Of a DNA stretch of 64,000 nt, positions 49,012 to 59,254 are shown piece after piece. Within the stretch, counting starts at the first letter, position 1, and each line of letters starts with the position of its first letter. The stretch comes from a virus, in IMG/VR virus record IMGVR_UViG_3300034105_003151, positions 1 to 64,000 of that record. One strand, given 5' to 3'. Made by a program: the position numbers and the translations under genes. The notes under the pieces are model-generated. The model ran no database searches, was not told where the DNA came from, and worked only from the letters and a program-made list of their open reading frames with translations.

Positions 49012-50077
49012 TCAAGATAAGCTAAATGTTGTTTGCGACAGCTTATGCAATAGAATTACCGATCTGTTATCTGTGCTAAATATCGATTCTGATGAATATA
49101 CCGATACTAACGATAGAATTTCTATGTGCTGTCCTATTCATGGTGGAGACAATCCATCTGCCTTGAATTTATATCATACTGGCGATTCTTATAGAGGAAA
49201 TTGGAAGTGTAGAACTCATCAGTGTGAAAAGATATTCTTGCCTTCAATTGTTGGTTTTATTAGGGGCGTTTTATCTAAGCAAAAACTAAACTGGCAAAAA
49301 AGAGGTGATGATACTGTGTCTTTCAAGGACACTATGTTATTCGCCATGAAGTTCTTATCTATTAAGGACATCAATTCTATAAAAGTAGAACATAATCCTA
49401 ATGCTAGTTTTGTTAAGAATACTAATATTCTAAGTACTAAAGCTAAAAAAACTAATCTTGTACCCAGAAGCAAAATAGTATCATCATTACAAATTCCTAG
49501 TAAATACTTTCTTAATAGAGGGTTTTCAAAAGATATTCTGACAAAATATGATGTGGGCGACTGTTTTACTTCTGGAAAAGAAATGGTTGGTAGAGCAGTA
49601 GCTCCGATATATGATATGGACTATAAAGGCATGATAGGGTGTACCGGACGCACGATAAATAATGAATATTCTCCAAAGTGGCGACATAGTAAAGGATTTG
49701 TTGCAGAAGATCACTTGTACAATGTCTGGTTTGCAAAAGAAAGTATTCTGGACACTGGTAATGTTATTTTAGTGGAAAGCCCCGGCAATGTTTGGACTTT
49801 AGAACAGGCTGGTATTCATAATAGTTTAGCTACATTTGGTAGTCATCTTACAGATCGTCAAAAGATGATGTTAGATATGACAGGGGCTATGAAGATAATT
49901 ACGATAATGGATGGTGATGAAGCGGGCGAACTTGGCAGAAAGCAGATTGACGAAAAATGCTCTAAAACCTATAATATTGAACATATCATAATGCCCGCCA
50001 AAATGGACGTTGCTGAACTTTACAAGACTGACAAAGACTTATTCAAATCTCTAATTCTAGACAGGATCAAAAAATGA
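48947..50077 (+). CDS. dnaG: DNA primase (zinc finger + Toprim)
   Basis: CPIH...C..HQC, GRT, LVES, DGDEAG; start uncertain. Confidence 0.85.
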   Translation: MVKTMDSKWTENNQGTKFRSIDQDKLNVVCDSLCNRITDLLSVLNIDSDEYTDTNDRISMCCPIHGGDNPSALNLYHTGDSYRGNWKCRTHQCEKIFLPSIVGFIRGVLSKQKLNWQKRGDDTVSFKDTMLFAMKFLSIKDINSIKVEHNPNASFVKNTNILSTKAKKTNLVPRSKIVSSLQIPSKYFLNRGFSKDILTKYDVGDCFTSGKEMVGRAVAPIYDMDYKGMIGCTGRTINNEYSPKWRHSKGFVAEDHLYNVWFAKESILDTGNVILVESPGNVWTLEQAGIHNSLATFGSHLTDRQKMMLDMTGAMKIITIMDGDEAGELGRKQIDEKCSKTYNIEHIIMPAKMDVAELYKTDKDLFKSLILDRIKK

Positions 50078-50850
50078 CAAAAATCATAGCATTCTCAGGT
50101 AAGAAAACAAGTGGTAAAAACACCAGTGCCAACTTCATGTACTCACTATTTCTGCTTCACTCTGGACTCTTTAAAGAAGTAGATATTGCAGATAATGGAT
50201 TTATTAGAGTTTTGAAGCAAAATGATCAGGAGGTTATTTTTGATCCACAACAGTATTATCTGGGTATTGGTGAAATTGATCTTGAAATAGCAGAAACAAT
50301 ATTCAAATTAACTCCAACTTTAACTATTTATAGTCTAGCAGACGCTTTGAAAAATGATGTCTGTATGAATATCTTGGGATTAACATATGAACAATGTTAT
50401 GATGAACAAGGTAAGAACCAAGAAACACATCTTAAATGGTCAGATATGCCGGGGATTGTAAAGTCTAAAAGAGGGCATATGACCGGCAGAGAGGTTATGG
50501 AGTATATAGGCACAGATGTATTTCGTGGTATAAGGAACAATGTTTGGAGTGACTGTACTATTAGAAGAATCGAAAGAGAATCTCCACAATTTGCTATTAT
50601 AACAGATGTGAGATTTCCAGACGAAGTAGATTCAATTTTTAAACATAATGAAGCTAATGAGGTGATTCGTCTAACTAGAAATCCAGTAGATTCAAAGTCA
50701 AAACCAGAGTGTGCATTAGATAAAGATAATTTTGACTGGAGTAATTTTAGTCACGTTATCGATAATGAAAACATGACAATTCAGGAACAAACAGACGCAT
50801 TACATCCTATTATTATGAATTTTATAGGTGCAACTAATGAACCCTCTTGA
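50074..50850 (+). CDS. deoxynucleoside monophosphate kinase
   Basis: SGKKTSGKNT, LADALK, REVMEYIGTDVFR, ITDVRFPDE. Confidence 0.85.
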   Translation: MTKIIAFSGKKTSGKNTSANFMYSLFLLHSGLFKEVDIADNGFIRVLKQNDQEVIFDPQQYYLGIGEIDLEIAETIFKLTPTLTIYSLADALKNDVCMNILGLTYEQCYDEQGKNQETHLKWSDMPGIVKSKRGHMTGREVMEYIGTDVFRGIRNNVWSDCTIRRIERESPQFAIITDVRFPDEVDSIFKHNEANEVIRLTRNPVDSKSKPECALDKDNFDWSNFSHVIDNENMTIQEQTDALHPIIMNFIGATNEPS

Positions 50851-50970
50851 GAATTTTATTGCCATATCACTCTACTTATGGGTTATGTTTCCGGTAGTAG
50901 GCTGGTCAATATTTTTATCTGTAATAGTTGCTATTTGTTATTTTTTCTACTACTTAGGTAAACATCATAA

Positions 50971-52014
50971 ATGATAATTACATACTTTAGAAGTTCTTCC
51001 TATAACACCCATTCTAGCTGCGAACATCAGTACTTTATGGAGTATGTACTAGGGTGGCGAGGTAAAAGTGGGCTCAAAGCTGATAAAGGCACAATTGTTC
51101 ATAAAGTTTTAGAGATATTAGCCTTTATAAAATATAACAAGCAAAATAAAGAACAATATTTTACTGATGATATTGTTGGCACAATAGATATTAAAAAATA
51201 TGATCTAGATAAAATCATTAATATCGTATATGATTATTATAGTTTAGGCAATCCACATCATAAATGGACAGACAAGGATCGCCGTGACTGTAAAGACTGG
51301 ACTTACAAGACTATAGATTTCAACAATGGAATGTTCGATCCTAGAAATAGGGAAATAGTTTGTCCAGAACAAAAGTTTGATTTTGAGATCAAAAAACCCT
51401 GGGCTAAATATACTTTTGATACTCCCGAAGGTAAAATAACTGGACACTTAGCTCTCAAAGGGACCGTTGATCTTATAACTAAAGTTGATGATGGTTTTTA
51501 TGAGATTATAGATTGGAAAACGGGACGTAGAAAAAACTGGACAACTGGAGAGGAAAAAACCCAGGAAGTTCTTCAAAATGATCCACAGTTAAAAATCTAC
51601 CACTATGCTGTCCAACATTTGTATCCAGATGTTGAGAATATTATGGTTACCATTAACTATATCAATGATGGTGGTCCTTTTAGTATTTGTTTTGATAAGA
51701 ATGATTTATTAAAAACAGAATCTATGATAAGAGATAAATTTGAGAAGATTAAACACACAACAGTTCCCCGACTACATAAATCTTGGATGTGTAATAGGTT
51801 GTGTCATTTTGGAAAAAACACATTTGACACGGAAGGAATCGACGGTATAATTGAGTACCGCAGGGGACAAACAACACCGCTACACCAACCAATGACCATG
51901 TGTGAACAAATTAAGCATGATGTTGAGGTCAAAGGTATAGATGAAGTTGTTAAAGAATATACAAAGCCAAACTTTAGTGTGGGACATTATAAAGCCCCAG
52001 GAAGCATAGAATGA
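50971..52014 (+). CDS. PD-(D/E)XK exonuclease (RecB/Cas4-like)
   Basis: SS...C, GTIVHKVLE, GTVDL, IIDWKTG, QLKIY, CNRLC. Confidence 0.85.
   Translation: MIITYFRSSSYNTHSSCEHQYFMEYVLGWRGKSGLKADKGTIVHKVLEILAFIKYNKQNKEQYFTDDIVGTIDIKKYDLDKIINIVYDYYSLGNPHHKWTDKDRRDCKDWTYKTIDFNNGMFDPRNREIVCPEQKFDFEIKKPWAKYTFDTPEGKITGHLALKGTVDLITKVDDGFYEIIDWKTGRRKNWTTGEEKTQEVLQNDPQLKIYHYAVQHLYPDVENIMVTINYINDGGPFSICFDKNDLLKTESMIRDKFEKIKHTTVPRLHKSWMCNRLCHFGKNTFDTEGIDGIIEYRRGQTTPLHQPMTMCEQIKHDVEVKGIDEVVKEYTKPNFSVGHYKAPGSIE
51824..51851 (+). promoter_or_regulatory. internal sigma70-type promoter driving the 52-55 kb accessory ORFs
   Basis: TTGACA-N16-TATAAT. Confidence 0.7.
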
Positions 52015-52192
52015 CGAAAAAGGAATTAAAAAGAAAACTCAATGTCATAATAGATCAGTTAGATTCTGTTTCGACTGATCTAGCACGAACTAATTGTGAT
52101 GATAAATTTGCTAATGAAGAACGAATTAGAGACTGGTTCAATGGAATTTATGCGGCTACCACCGGATTAGTTAGAATAGTTAAGGATGAAAT

Positions 52193-52597
52193 ATGAGCAA
52201 GCCGTGGATTCATGCTAAAAATAGTGCCCGAAAATTTGGAGGGGTTCCCGAAGATTATATGGCTATTCATAATCTAATGGATAGTAGCAAAGGAGCTATT
52301 GCAGATAATAGACATAGAACATTGACTCATAATAGCTGGTTTATTAGTGCCGATGGACCACTTGAAAAGATTTTTGGTGCGGTTATAAAGAACTCTGATA
52401 ATAAAGAAGTTTCTGTTAGAGATATCGGAGAACAGCATATCCTTGAAGATTTCGGTATGAAATTTATTCCCACGGCCCAAGACTATCTTCAAGAGATGGA
52501 AATCAAGAACTGGATGAATAATGGTAAGGAGGGTGTTCCTTCTTCTTTTACAAAGATTGAGAAAACTAAAACTCGTAAGGTTATTAACTTAGACTAA
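52193..52597 (+). CDS. DUF6915-like protein
   Basis: HAKNSARKFGG..EDY..IH..MDSSK...HR.LTH...EQHILED. Confidence 0.65.
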   Translation: MSKPWIHAKNSARKFGGVPEDYMAIHNLMDSSKGAIADNRHRTLTHNSWFISADGPLEKIFGAVIKNSDNKEVSVRDIGEQHILEDFGMKFIPTAQDYLQEMEIKNWMNNGKEGVPSSFTKIEKTKTRKVINLD

Positions 52598-52607
52598 AGG
52601 AAATACT

Positions 52608-53048
52608 ATGAAAACTGAAACAAAACTAAAGTTAGAAGAACTCCACCTTGCTATTAGTGAGGCAAAGAAAAAGATGTTGAAAGAGTCAAACGCTATTTTC
52701 AATACTGTTGCAAAAGAACTTTTTGAAACACATGAGCAACTAGAAGAGTTTTCTTGGACACAATATACTCCATATTGGAGTGATGGAGAGACTTGTTATT
52801 TTAATGTTAATGATGCCATGATTAACGGAGAAGAGGGGATAAGTGATTGGGAGGTTAAAGACGCCAGAAAAAATAAAGAAAGTCAAGAGAAAATTGCGGT
52901 TTTAGAAAATCTTGTAGAGATTACTTCCGATGTTCAAGAACTACTCGACTCTATAGGGGAAGAATGTCTTGAGGAAATGTTTGGAGATCACGCACAAATT
53001 ACAGTAACAAAAGATTCTGTTGTTGTTGATAGTTTTGATCATGACTGA
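52608..53048 (+). CDS. acidic hypothetical phage protein
   Basis: WTQYTPYWSDGETCYF...FGDH...DHD. Confidence 0.65.
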   Translation: MKTETKLKLEELHLAISEAKKKMLKESNAIFNTVAKELFETHEQLEEFSWTQYTPYWSDGETCYFNVNDAMINGEEGISDWEVKDARKNKESQEKIAVLENLVEITSDVQELLDSIGEECLEEMFGDHAQITVTKDSVVVDSFDHD

Positions 53049-53145
53049 AAAGATTTTCATATGTTACTAGGACGTAAAAAGGAGAAAAAATGACTAAGAG
53101 AGAGATTTTCAATCAAGAGAATATGCTACCGAAGAACATAAAATT

Positions 53146-54889
53146 ATGAAGAATCAATTCTTTAAATTTTTGGAAGACGCCACACAACTAGATGGAATAG
53201 AAGCCCTGAATCTTGCAAAACAGAGGGAAAAAGATTTCAAAGACTCTATTAGCAAAGTTTGTGAACAAGAAGGCTATAAGGTCTTACTATCTGAAATAAA
53301 AGCACAGAATAAAATTATTGACAAACTCAAAGCTCGCGTGGTCGAACTGGAAAAGCAGTTGAATACTCTTCTAGAGTCTCAATTGTGGGGGGTAAATTGC
53401 AAGCCGTCCGGGACCGACTGGTTAACGAAGGAGGATCGGGAAAAGCTTCTGCATCTCTCCTACAGTCTAGATTACGTTCAATATGCGACATCAGCAGACT
53501 TCATTCGATCCCTTCTCGCCCGTTTGACGCCTCCAGAGGTTAGAGAATAATGGACAAAGGAAACACCACAGGTAAAACAGTGGGTGATGCGATTGTTTTT
53601 GGGGTTTTGCTAATAGACGCTCTACAGAAAGCATTAATAACACTAATGATTATTAGTATCGTCTTATTTCCACTAGGAATATGGAAAGCTATCGAAATAA
53701 TTCTTTGGATTTGGGAGAGATATAATGGCAATTAAAAAAGGCTGTGTTGCTAGATGTAAAGCGGGGATGTTAGGATTAGTAACTAGCGATTCGCCCCAAA
53801 TGACTCGTTATGGTAAAATGGCATGGATAGGAGTTCAGCTATCGCCAGACAAAGCTGGTGGTGAATGGTGTTCTCAAGATCCAGAACTTATTAGTGAGTC
53901 TGTAGAAGACCTTATTTTCTCTCGTCAAGCCACCACTTTCTTTACTAAGGAAAAGATTATAGTCGAGGATCTTTCTAACGAGGATAAGAAATCTATACTT
54001 TTGAATGGATGGATTATTGACAGTATGAAAGACAAGTTCTCAGGAGAAACAAAATGATAGGACAGGTTTTACAAATTATCGGAATTTTAGCTATAGGACT
54101 TGGATTAGCAGCTTCAATCCTTGGAGCGATATGGAGAATGGAGACTATAATTAGACTTGAAGAACAATCAAAACAAACTGATACAAACATAAAGTTATTG
54201 TCTCAAAGTCAAATAAATATAGAGGAAAGACTTATTAAGTTGGAGGGGAAACAATCATGATTCCAGAAGAGTGGGTAAAATCTCATAAGACAGAATTTGA
54301 ATTATTCGGCGTTCAATTAGAAGAGTGGAGTAGAGACGAATTACTAGCCGCTATTGGATGGTTAAATAATAATCTCGAATGGGAGAGAGAAAATCATGAC
54401 AAATGTATGAATCGTATACTACGGTTGGTCGAATTGAACGTGCAACTTCATCAACTTATCAAAGAGGGCAAGGATGAAGAGGATGAAGGAGAAAAGATTC
54501 GTGATGAATTAGACCAATATTGGTATAGTTTTTCAGAGATTGATCAAGAGTGGTTGAGGAAGTTTTCAGCTAGCCTATACAAACTATGGGAGAGTAAATG
54601 AACGATCTATTAGAAGAAATTATTAATAAAGGACCATCTAATGGGATATCCAATGACCTATCCGAGAGTAATTAACCGCAATCATTTAATTGGTGGATAT
54701 AGCGTTGAACCCAACACCTATCCTGCACAAAGATTAATAGCTGGTGATTTGCGACGATTTGAGCAAGACGCTAGAGATAATAGATACGGTCAACAGATTG
54801 CTGATGCCGCAGGAGTACCTCTTGAAGTAGCACAGCGAGTTTTAACAGCATTATTTACAGATTGTGGACATACACAGGAACCCAAATGA
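53146..54889 (+). CDS. run of small hypothetical ORFs (53146, 53550, 53725, 54054, 54257, 54641)
   Basis: Coupled ORFs, two with TM segments. Confidence 0.5.
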
Positions 54890-56754
54890 AAAACTATATT
54901 CCCCTTCACGCACATAGTCATGACTCATTACTCGACGGGCTGAGTCGCCCCGAGCAAATAGCCGCCCGTTGTAAAAAAATAGCAGCATCGGCCTGTGCTT
55001 TAACGGATCATGGAACTATCTCTGGTACTGTAAAGTTTCATAATGTGATGAAAAAGGCTGGAATCAAACCTATCTTGGGTTGTGAACTATATATCAGTGA
55101 TCAAGATTGTAAGATCAAAACTCCCGAGAATAGAAAACTAAGCCATCTAGTGGTTTTAGCTAAGAATAAAAAAGGATGGAAGAATCTTATTAAGATAGTA
55201 TCAGAAAGTAATAAATTAGAAAATCTCTATTATAAACCAAGACTAGATCTCAAAACTCTAGGAGAATTAGTAGACGGTAATCTAATAGCTTTTGCTGGAC
55301 ACTTAGGATCAACATTGTCTAATAAGATTATGCAGTTAGATGATTCTGATTGGAAAAATCAAGGGCTGTCTCATGTGGGGCTATTAACTGATATTTTTGG
55401 AAAAGAAAACTTCTTCCTAGAAGCACAGTTAATGGATAAGCAGTATAATCCAGATCAAGTGATCGTGACAGAAAAAGTGCGTGAACTTGCTAAATTAACA
55501 GGATTGAAAGTCATATGCACACCAGACGCCCACTATGCTGAAAAGAGCGATAGTGTTGATCAGAGGATTTTGTTATGTAATAATCTTAAGACTACTATAG
55601 CTGATGTTAATAAGAAAATCATTGAGAATGAGAGTTTTGGAATGGACTGTTTTTTCCGTTCTGATAACTATCATATTCTAGATAGTTTTGAAATGTCGGC
55701 CCTACATACAGAAGAAGAGATTGAGAATACCAATCTGATCAATAGTATGATAGAGCTTTATGATGTTAATTCAAAGCCCCTATTGCCATCATTTCCTTGT
55801 CCACCAGAATTCGACCAAGATGAATATTTAAGACATCTTTGTAGAGCAGGATGGAAAACTAAAATAGATTCGATCATCCCTAAAGAAGATCACGAACAAT
55901 ATGTTGACAGAATAAAGATGGAGTTGGGTGTTCTCCAGGGAGCCGGATTGTCTAGTTACTTTTTAATCCTGCAAGACGTACTAAACTACGTTCGACAAAA
56001 CAATTGGCTTCCGGGGCCAGGAAGAGGAAGTGCTGCGGGCTGTCTGGTGTCGTATCTGGTTAGCATCACGGCTATTGATCCAATCAAGTATGATCTAATG
56101 TTTGAAAGATTTTATAACTCTGGTCGTAATACGGTTGATCATATATCTCTACCAGATATTGACGTAGACATTCCTATTAGACAAAGAGGGAATATTATCA
56201 ACTATATTAAGGATAAATATGGTCATGATAAAGTATCTCAAATGATTACTTTTAATAAGATGAAGGGACGAGGAGCAATTAAAGACGTTCTAAGAGTATA
56301 TGGAAACGTCTCTTTTGCCGAAATGAATGAGATTACTAAGTTTATTCCTGATGAATCTAAAATCTCTGACGAACTACAACAAATGAAAGAAGATGGTGGT
56401 GAGGCATCTATTATTCGATGGGCACTAGAGAATAATTCTAAGGAACTATCTCCATGGTGTCAATTAGAAGAGGATGGAACTCTATCGGGTCCACTATCTA
56501 AGAGATTTGAGCAGGCAATTAGATTAGAGGGTACTAAAACAAACCAGAGTAAACACGCTGCTGGTCTAGCAATTAGCTCAACCCCACTTGCTGAAATCTG
56601 CCCGATGATTTATGATAGTAAGACAGGAAATCCTATTGCGGGTATGGAAATGGCAGATTTAGAAAGTCTTGGTATAGTTAAGATGGATATTCTTGGCGTG
56701 GCAATGTTAGATAAAATGATGGCTATTAGAGATATGTTAAAAATAGGAGCATAA
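54886..56754 (+). CDS. dnaE: DNA polymerase III alpha, N-terminal half (PHP + palm/thumb)
   Basis: LHAHS..SLLDG, LTDHG, DAHY, GPGRGSAAG, FERF, PDIDVD, SKHAAG, KMDILG. Confidence 0.93.
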   Translation: MKNYIPLHAHSHDSLLDGLSRPEQIAARCKKIAASACALTDHGTISGTVKFHNVMKKAGIKPILGCELYISDQDCKIKTPENRKLSHLVVLAKNKKGWKNLIKIVSESNKLENLYYKPRLDLKTLGELVDGNLIAFAGHLGSTLSNKIMQLDDSDWKNQGLSHVGLLTDIFGKENFFLEAQLMDKQYNPDQVIVTEKVRELAKLTGLKVICTPDAHYAEKSDSVDQRILLCNNLKTTIADVNKKIIENESFGMDCFFRSDNYHILDSFEMSALHTEEEIENTNLINSMIELYDVNSKPLLPSFPCPPEFDQDEYLRHLCRAGWKTKIDSIIPKEDHEQYVDRIKMELGVLQGAGLSSYFLILQDVLNYVRQNNWLPGPGRGSAAGCLVSYLVSITAIDPIKYDLMFERFYNSGRNTVDHISLPDIDVDIPIRQRGNIINYIKDKYGHDKVSQMITFNKMKGRGAIKDVLRVYGNVSFAEMNEITKFIPDESKISDELQQMKEDGGEASIIRWALENNSKELSPWCQLEEDGTLSGPLSKRFEQAIRLEGTKTNQSKHAAGLAISSTPLAEICPMIYDSKTGNPIAGMEMADLESLGIVKMDILGVAMLDKMMAIRDMLKIGA

Positions 56755-56757
56755 ATT

Positions 56758-56934
56758 ATGACTAAGCAATTTTCAGAATTAGCTGTTGGCGATAAGTTCA
56801 AATGGGTAGATGGTGAAGTCTATACAAAGATAGAGCAAGAGCCGATTAATTGCTGCACATATAATAGTGCTGTGAATGATCAGGGTGGTAAGATTCAAGT
56901 TGAACCAATTAAGGATGTAGAGGTATTGGAATGA
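56758..56934 (+). CDS. small hypothetical protein (58 aa, not in ORF track)
   Basis: MTKQFSELAVGDKF...; AGGAG RBS; stop overlaps the next start. Confidence 0.6.
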   Translation: MTKQFSELAVGDKFKWVDGEVYTKIEQEPINCCTYNSAVNDQGGKIQVEPIKDVEVLE

Positions 56935-57632
56935 TATCTTATAATAAGATTGCTGTATTTGATTTTGAAACAGACGGAAGTAATCCCAAAGTATGTAGCC
57001 CCGTCCAACTAGCTTGTGTAATGATAGATCCTATTAAGAACGAGATTCTAGAAGGATCTGAGTTTAATATAGAGATGAAACCTGACAAACTAGAACAAGA
57101 TTCCTCTTACTCATATAAGAATGAGGCAGACGGTAATATTTTGGAGTGGCACTCTAAGGTTAGAGCTTGTTCAGAAGCGGATATTTTAGATAGATGGAAA
57201 AATGCAGCACCTCAAAAACAGGCTTGGCAGATGTTTATTCAATATCTAGACAAGTATCACTGTAGGGCAAGTAAGAAGACTAAGTTCTCATCTCCCATAG
57301 CGGCTGGATATAACATACAAAGATTTGACTTAAAGATCATAGAGCGATTAAGTTTGAAATATGATAATGCCTCTAAAGAGGGTGAAAGCGAAATATTTCA
57401 TCCAAGAGACAATCTAGATGTTATGTTTATGCTTTATCCTTGGTTTAGAAACTTAGATGATGTTAAAAGTCTATCTCTAGATAATGTTAGACAATATCTT
57501 GGCATACCAACCGAAGGGGGACACGATGCCTTGAAAGACGTTCGTGATACTGCTGATATATTAATTAGACTACTAAAACTACATAAGAGCTTATCTCAAA
57601 AAATTCTATTCAAGGATTCTTGCAAAAAATGA
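56931..57632 (+). CDS. DEDDh 3'-5' exonuclease (DnaQ/epsilon-like)
   Basis: FDFETDG, GYNIQRFD, HDALKD. Confidence 0.87.
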   Translation: MISYNKIAVFDFETDGSNPKVCSPVQLACVMIDPIKNEILEGSEFNIEMKPDKLEQDSSYSYKNEADGNILEWHSKVRACSEADILDRWKNAAPQKQAWQMFIQYLDKYHCRASKKTKFSSPIAAGYNIQRFDLKIIERLSLKYDNASKEGESEIFHPRDNLDVMFMLYPWFRNLDDVKSLSLDNVRQYLGIPTEGGHDALKDVRDTADILIRLLKLHKSLSQKILFKDSCKK

Positions 57633-59191
57633 CAATATTTGATGGCGATATTTCTAAGATAGATCTAGACGATGCTGCAACCTGGGATTTGATTGGCTCC
57701 GGTAATACTAAAGGATGCTTTCAATTAGAAAGTCGCCTCGGTAGAACTATGGCAAAAAAGTTAAAACCAGAAAATATAGAGCAGCTTTCTGCTTTAATTG
57801 CTGTTCTGCGACCGGGAAGTTTAAATGCTATACGAGATGGTAAAAGCGTTAGTAATCACTATATAGACAAGAAAAATGGCAATGAATCTGTAGACTTTTT
57901 CCATGAGTCTTTAATACCAATATTAAACACTACTTATGGTGAGATGATTTATCAGGAACAAGCCATCCGTATTGCTAAAGAAATAGCGGGATTCAATCCA
58001 GAAGAAGCAGATAATCTAAGAAAGGCTATTGGTAAGAAACAAGCCAATGTTATGGCGGCTCTTAAACAAAGCTTTCTGGATGGATGTAAAAGATTAGGAT
58101 ATGTGAATGATAATGAAGCAGAACAGATTTTTGGATGGATAGAAAAGAGTCAAAAATATTCATTCAATAAAAGTCATTCTGTATGCTATTGTTCTAGTTC
58201 TTACTTATCGGCATACGCCAAAGCTCATCATCCTATACAGTTCTTTACTGCTTATCTACAATTTGCTGAAGATAAGATGGACCCTCATGCAGAGATTAAG
58301 GAGTTGTATCAGAATGCCACAGAAATGGGAATATCTATAGAAAAACCTGATCTTAGATTACTAAATAGTACATTTATTCTCAAGAATAATAAGATTTATT
58401 TTGGTCTTACTAATATCAAAGGATTTGGTGATTCTGCATACGATAAGCTGGTTAATGAAGTAAACAACAATAAACTTGTAATAGACAATATGAAGTGGAT
58501 GAATTTATTACATCTATTATCCAAGCTAAACTCTACGTCTGCAAAAGCTATATTACAGTCTGGTGCTGCTGATTTTATAGGCTTGAGCAGAAATAAGATG
58601 ATGTTCGATTATGATATTTTCTGTGAGTTAACTAATAAAGAATCTAGTTTTGTTATTGGTCATATTGATATTGTTGGGTCAGATAAGAAATTAGAAGACC
58701 ATATATCTAATTTGATTAATAATGGTAAGATTGCAGCAAAAAGAAAAGATGTCATAAATAATCTACTTTCTAGTTTGTATCATCCTCCCTATTCTATGGA
58801 CGATCATATAGACTGGATTGTTGACACAGAACACACCTTATTAGGCTGTAATATTACTTGCTCCAAAGTAGATCGATATGATACCAGTATGATTAATTAC
58901 TCTTGTCAGGACTTCAAACAGGGTAATACTAGTTCTAATTTGCTATTGGTTGGCGAGATAGAAAATATGAATGTGACCAAGGTAAAAAACGGTCAAAGTA
59001 AAGGTAAGGAAATGGCATTTCTTACTATTACAGACGGGACAGCAGTTATAGATTCTGTTATCTGTTTTGCTGAAAAGTTTAAAGAATTCAGAAATCAGTT
59101 ATTCGTTGGTAATGTTCTAGTTTTCAGTGGAAATAAGTCTAAGGATAAAGATTCGTTTGTAGTTGATAAAATCTTTTTACCTAGAACTTGA
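57629..59191 (+). CDS. dnaE: DNA polymerase III alpha, C-terminal half (fingers, HhH, OB)
   Basis: TKGCFQLES, LRPG, YQEQ, ADNLRKAIGKK, YSFNKSH, GLTNIKG, MAFLTITD. Confidence 0.92.
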   Translation: MTIFDGDISKIDLDDAATWDLIGSGNTKGCFQLESRLGRTMAKKLKPENIEQLSALIAVLRPGSLNAIRDGKSVSNHYIDKKNGNESVDFFHESLIPILNTTYGEMIYQEQAIRIAKEIAGFNPEEADNLRKAIGKKQANVMAALKQSFLDGCKRLGYVNDNEAEQIFGWIEKSQKYSFNKSHSVCYCSSSYLSAYAKAHHPIQFFTAYLQFAEDKMDPHAEIKELYQNATEMGISIEKPDLRLLNSTFILKNNKIYFGLTNIKGFGDSAYDKLVNEVNNNKLVIDNMKWMNLLHLLSKLNSTSAKAILQSGAADFIGLSRNKMMFDYDIFCELTNKESSFVIGHIDIVGSDKKLEDHISNLINNGKIAAKRKDVINNLLSSLYHPPYSMDDHIDWIVDTEHTLLGCNITCSKVDRYDTSMINYSCQDFKQGNTSSNLLLVGEIENMNVTKVKNGQSKGKEMAFLTITDGTAVIDSVICFAEKFKEFRNQLFVGNVLVFSGNKSKDKDSFVVDKIFLPRT

Positions 59192-59215
59192 CAAAGTTTA
59201 GTTCGACGTTACTAT
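59188..59215 (+). promoter_or_regulatory. sigma70-type promoter
   Basis: TTGACA-N16-TACTAT. Confidence 0.6.
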
Positions 59216-59254
59216 TGAGTGTTGGGTTTACTTTTACATGGAGAAAGTTTTATT

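Noticed and set aside
50971-52014. Cas4-like nuclease as part of a CRISPR system
   Set aside because: No repeat-spacer array or other cas genes were seen; it fits a typical phage replication-region exonuclease.
56700-57660. Split intein or group I intron joining the dnaE halves
   Set aside because: No intein terminal motifs; the interval is fully occupied by coupled ORFs, leaving no room for an intron core.
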